The notes below the pieces were generated by a model. That model was not told the DNA's origin and made no database searches. It worked only from the letters and a program-made list of their open reading frames with translations. Made by a program: the position numbers and the translations under genes. A DNA stretch of 17,292 nt, taken from the NCBI GenBank assembly GCA_036679605.1, contig JAZDCZ010000146.1:1-17292 (forward strand). Direction: 5' to 3'. This DNA is from Gemmatimonadota bacterium (GTDB lineage Bacteria; Gemmatimonadota; Gemmatimonadetes; Gemmatimonadales; GWC2-71-9). Shown piece by piece: positions 16,289 through 17,292 of this stretch (positions are counted from its first letter, which is position 1; the number at the start of each line of letters is the position of its first letter).

Positions 16289-16937
16289 ACCTCCGAAAGA
16301 AACCCAACGACCTCTCCTCGACGAAGCGAGAGACGCTAGGGAATCGTCCGATTGGGTCCGATGTGTGAGCAAGGCCACCGGTGCGATCCAACGACTGGGC
16401 GCACGACCCTCCGATGATTGGATCTCGGCACGACTCATAATGGGTAGCGCGGTTGCATCTGGCGAGCTGGAGTCAAAACAGGAAGCAGCGCTAGAACGGG
16501 TGTCCGAAGCCATCGTGGCCATGCACGGTACCAGCGATGACCGGATTGGTGCTGCTCACCGGATTCTTGGTCACCTGTTCGAGTCGCGCCATATCGGAAT
16601 TGAAAGTGTCAACTTGACTCTCGCGATTCACCACTTTGAAAGATCGTTCTCAAGGTACTCTCGCGAAGCAGCTCCGGAGGACTGGGCCCATGCCAAAGTT
16701 GCGATCGCGCTCTGCCTCAAATTGAGATTAGTTGCGTGGGCGCGGGAAGGATGTGCGATTCGAGACCACGGTGACTATGAGTACCGTCGGGACGATGCCA
16801 CCACGGCACTCAAAATCGTTGGTGACGCACTGTCTGTCTTCAACAAAGACGACTTTCCCGACGAGAACCGTGAAACTCGAGGAATTGAGTCAGGCTTGGC
16901 ACTGTTGCTTACCAAACTTCCCGGGAATGGCGAGTGA
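16278..16937 (+). CDS. Probable cytoplasmic immunity protein of the orphan CT, TPR-like helical repeats (219 aa)
   Basis: ATG overlaps the orphan CT end by 11 nt. No signal peptide. AIHHFERSFSRYSREAAPEDWAHAK and ALKIVGDALSVFNKDDFPDE resemble TPR-type repeats. Confidence 0.75.
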   Translation: MTSKPPKETQRPLLDEARDARESSDWVRCVSKATGAIQRLGARPSDDWISARLIMGSAVASGELESKQEAALERVSEAIVAMHGTSDDRIGAAHRILGHLFESRHIGIESVNLTLAIHHFERSFSRYSREAAPEDWAHAKVAIALCLKLRLVAWAREGCAIRDHGDYEYRRDDATTALKIVGDALSVFNKDDFPDENRETRGIESGLALLLTKLPGNGE

Positions 16938-16950
16938 TGGTTCACAACGC

Positions 16951-17190
16951 GGAGAACCCCCCGCCCAGCCGGCGCCTCACGGTCGATACTCGTAGCCATG
17001 CGAAGAGCGGCCCGAAGGCGGGCTTTCGGTAACACAAGCCTGATCCCCGCCGAGCCGCCCGTCCCAAGCTGCGGAGGGGGCCGGCCTCCCTCCACTCGCT
17101 GCTCTCGCTCCGGGCACGGGCAAGCCGGGCGAGCAAGCGCCGCGCCCGGGCTGCTCGCACTTGGGTAACACCCAACCCTGTCCCCGGCCC
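16951..17190 (+). repeat. Post-immunity intergenic element, copy 2 (box A 16951-16971; box B 17157-17190), hairpin-rich
   Basis: Same boxes as 15462-15557 in the same order, with a longer GC-rich spacer. An extra GGTAACAC lies at 17028-17035. Confidence 0.7.
17010..17026 (+). terminator. Possible weak intrinsic terminator
   Basis: GCCCG-AAGG-CGGGC stem-loop followed by only TTT, ~70 nt after the last stop codon. Confidence 0.25.
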
Positions 17191-17212
17191 GTTCACGTCG
17201 CTTGCATGCCCT

Positions 17213-17238
17213 GTCCGATAAGAAGCTTCTTATCCGAC
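17213..17238. other. Palindromic site, Xer/dif-like recombination site or operator
   Basis: GTCCGATAA-GAAGCTTC-TTATCCGAC; the inner 18 bp (17217-17234) are a perfect palindrome. Confidence 0.5.
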
Positions 17239-17292
17239 CTTGCCCTGGCCGACCCCCTCCTTGGGTCGGCGCTGCGCGCCGACCTTGACAGA

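Noticed and set aside
15455..17200. Integron attC sites or CRISPR repeats
   Set aside because: No proper RYYYAAC...GTTRRRY inverted-core pairs. Only two dispersed copies separated by whole genes, not spacer-sized intervals; no intI or cas in the window.

Overview
GC-rich bacterial accessory locus built around a polymorphic Rhs/YD-repeat toxin system. The Rhs protein carries a Sec-type signal peptide, and no T6SS parts (PAAR, VgrG, Hcp) are visible in the window. Minus strand (2917->354): a small 6-Cys secreted protein and two tandem paralogous lipoproteins whose C-terminal halves look cohesin-like. Plus strand, divergent from these: a multiheme cytochrome c (8 CxxCH + 1 CX4CH); a large secreted dockerin / Ig / parallel beta-helix / FlgD-Ig protein split by a perfect 14-bp tandem duplication; a TolB-like PD40 beta-propeller; a FlgD-Ig protein; a ~1466-aa Rhs protein with a DUF5675/L,D-transpeptidase-like C-terminal toxin that is frameshift-truncated; a probable exported immunity protein; and an orphan rhs-CT plus TPR-like immunity module. 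Shared non-coding boxes follow both immunity genes, and a Xer/dif-like palindrome lies at the right edge. The most interesting hypothesis is a cohesin-dockerin-anchored, T6SS-independent surface apparatus for Rhs toxin display or delivery. All domain calls are by-eye motif recognition, not database searches.
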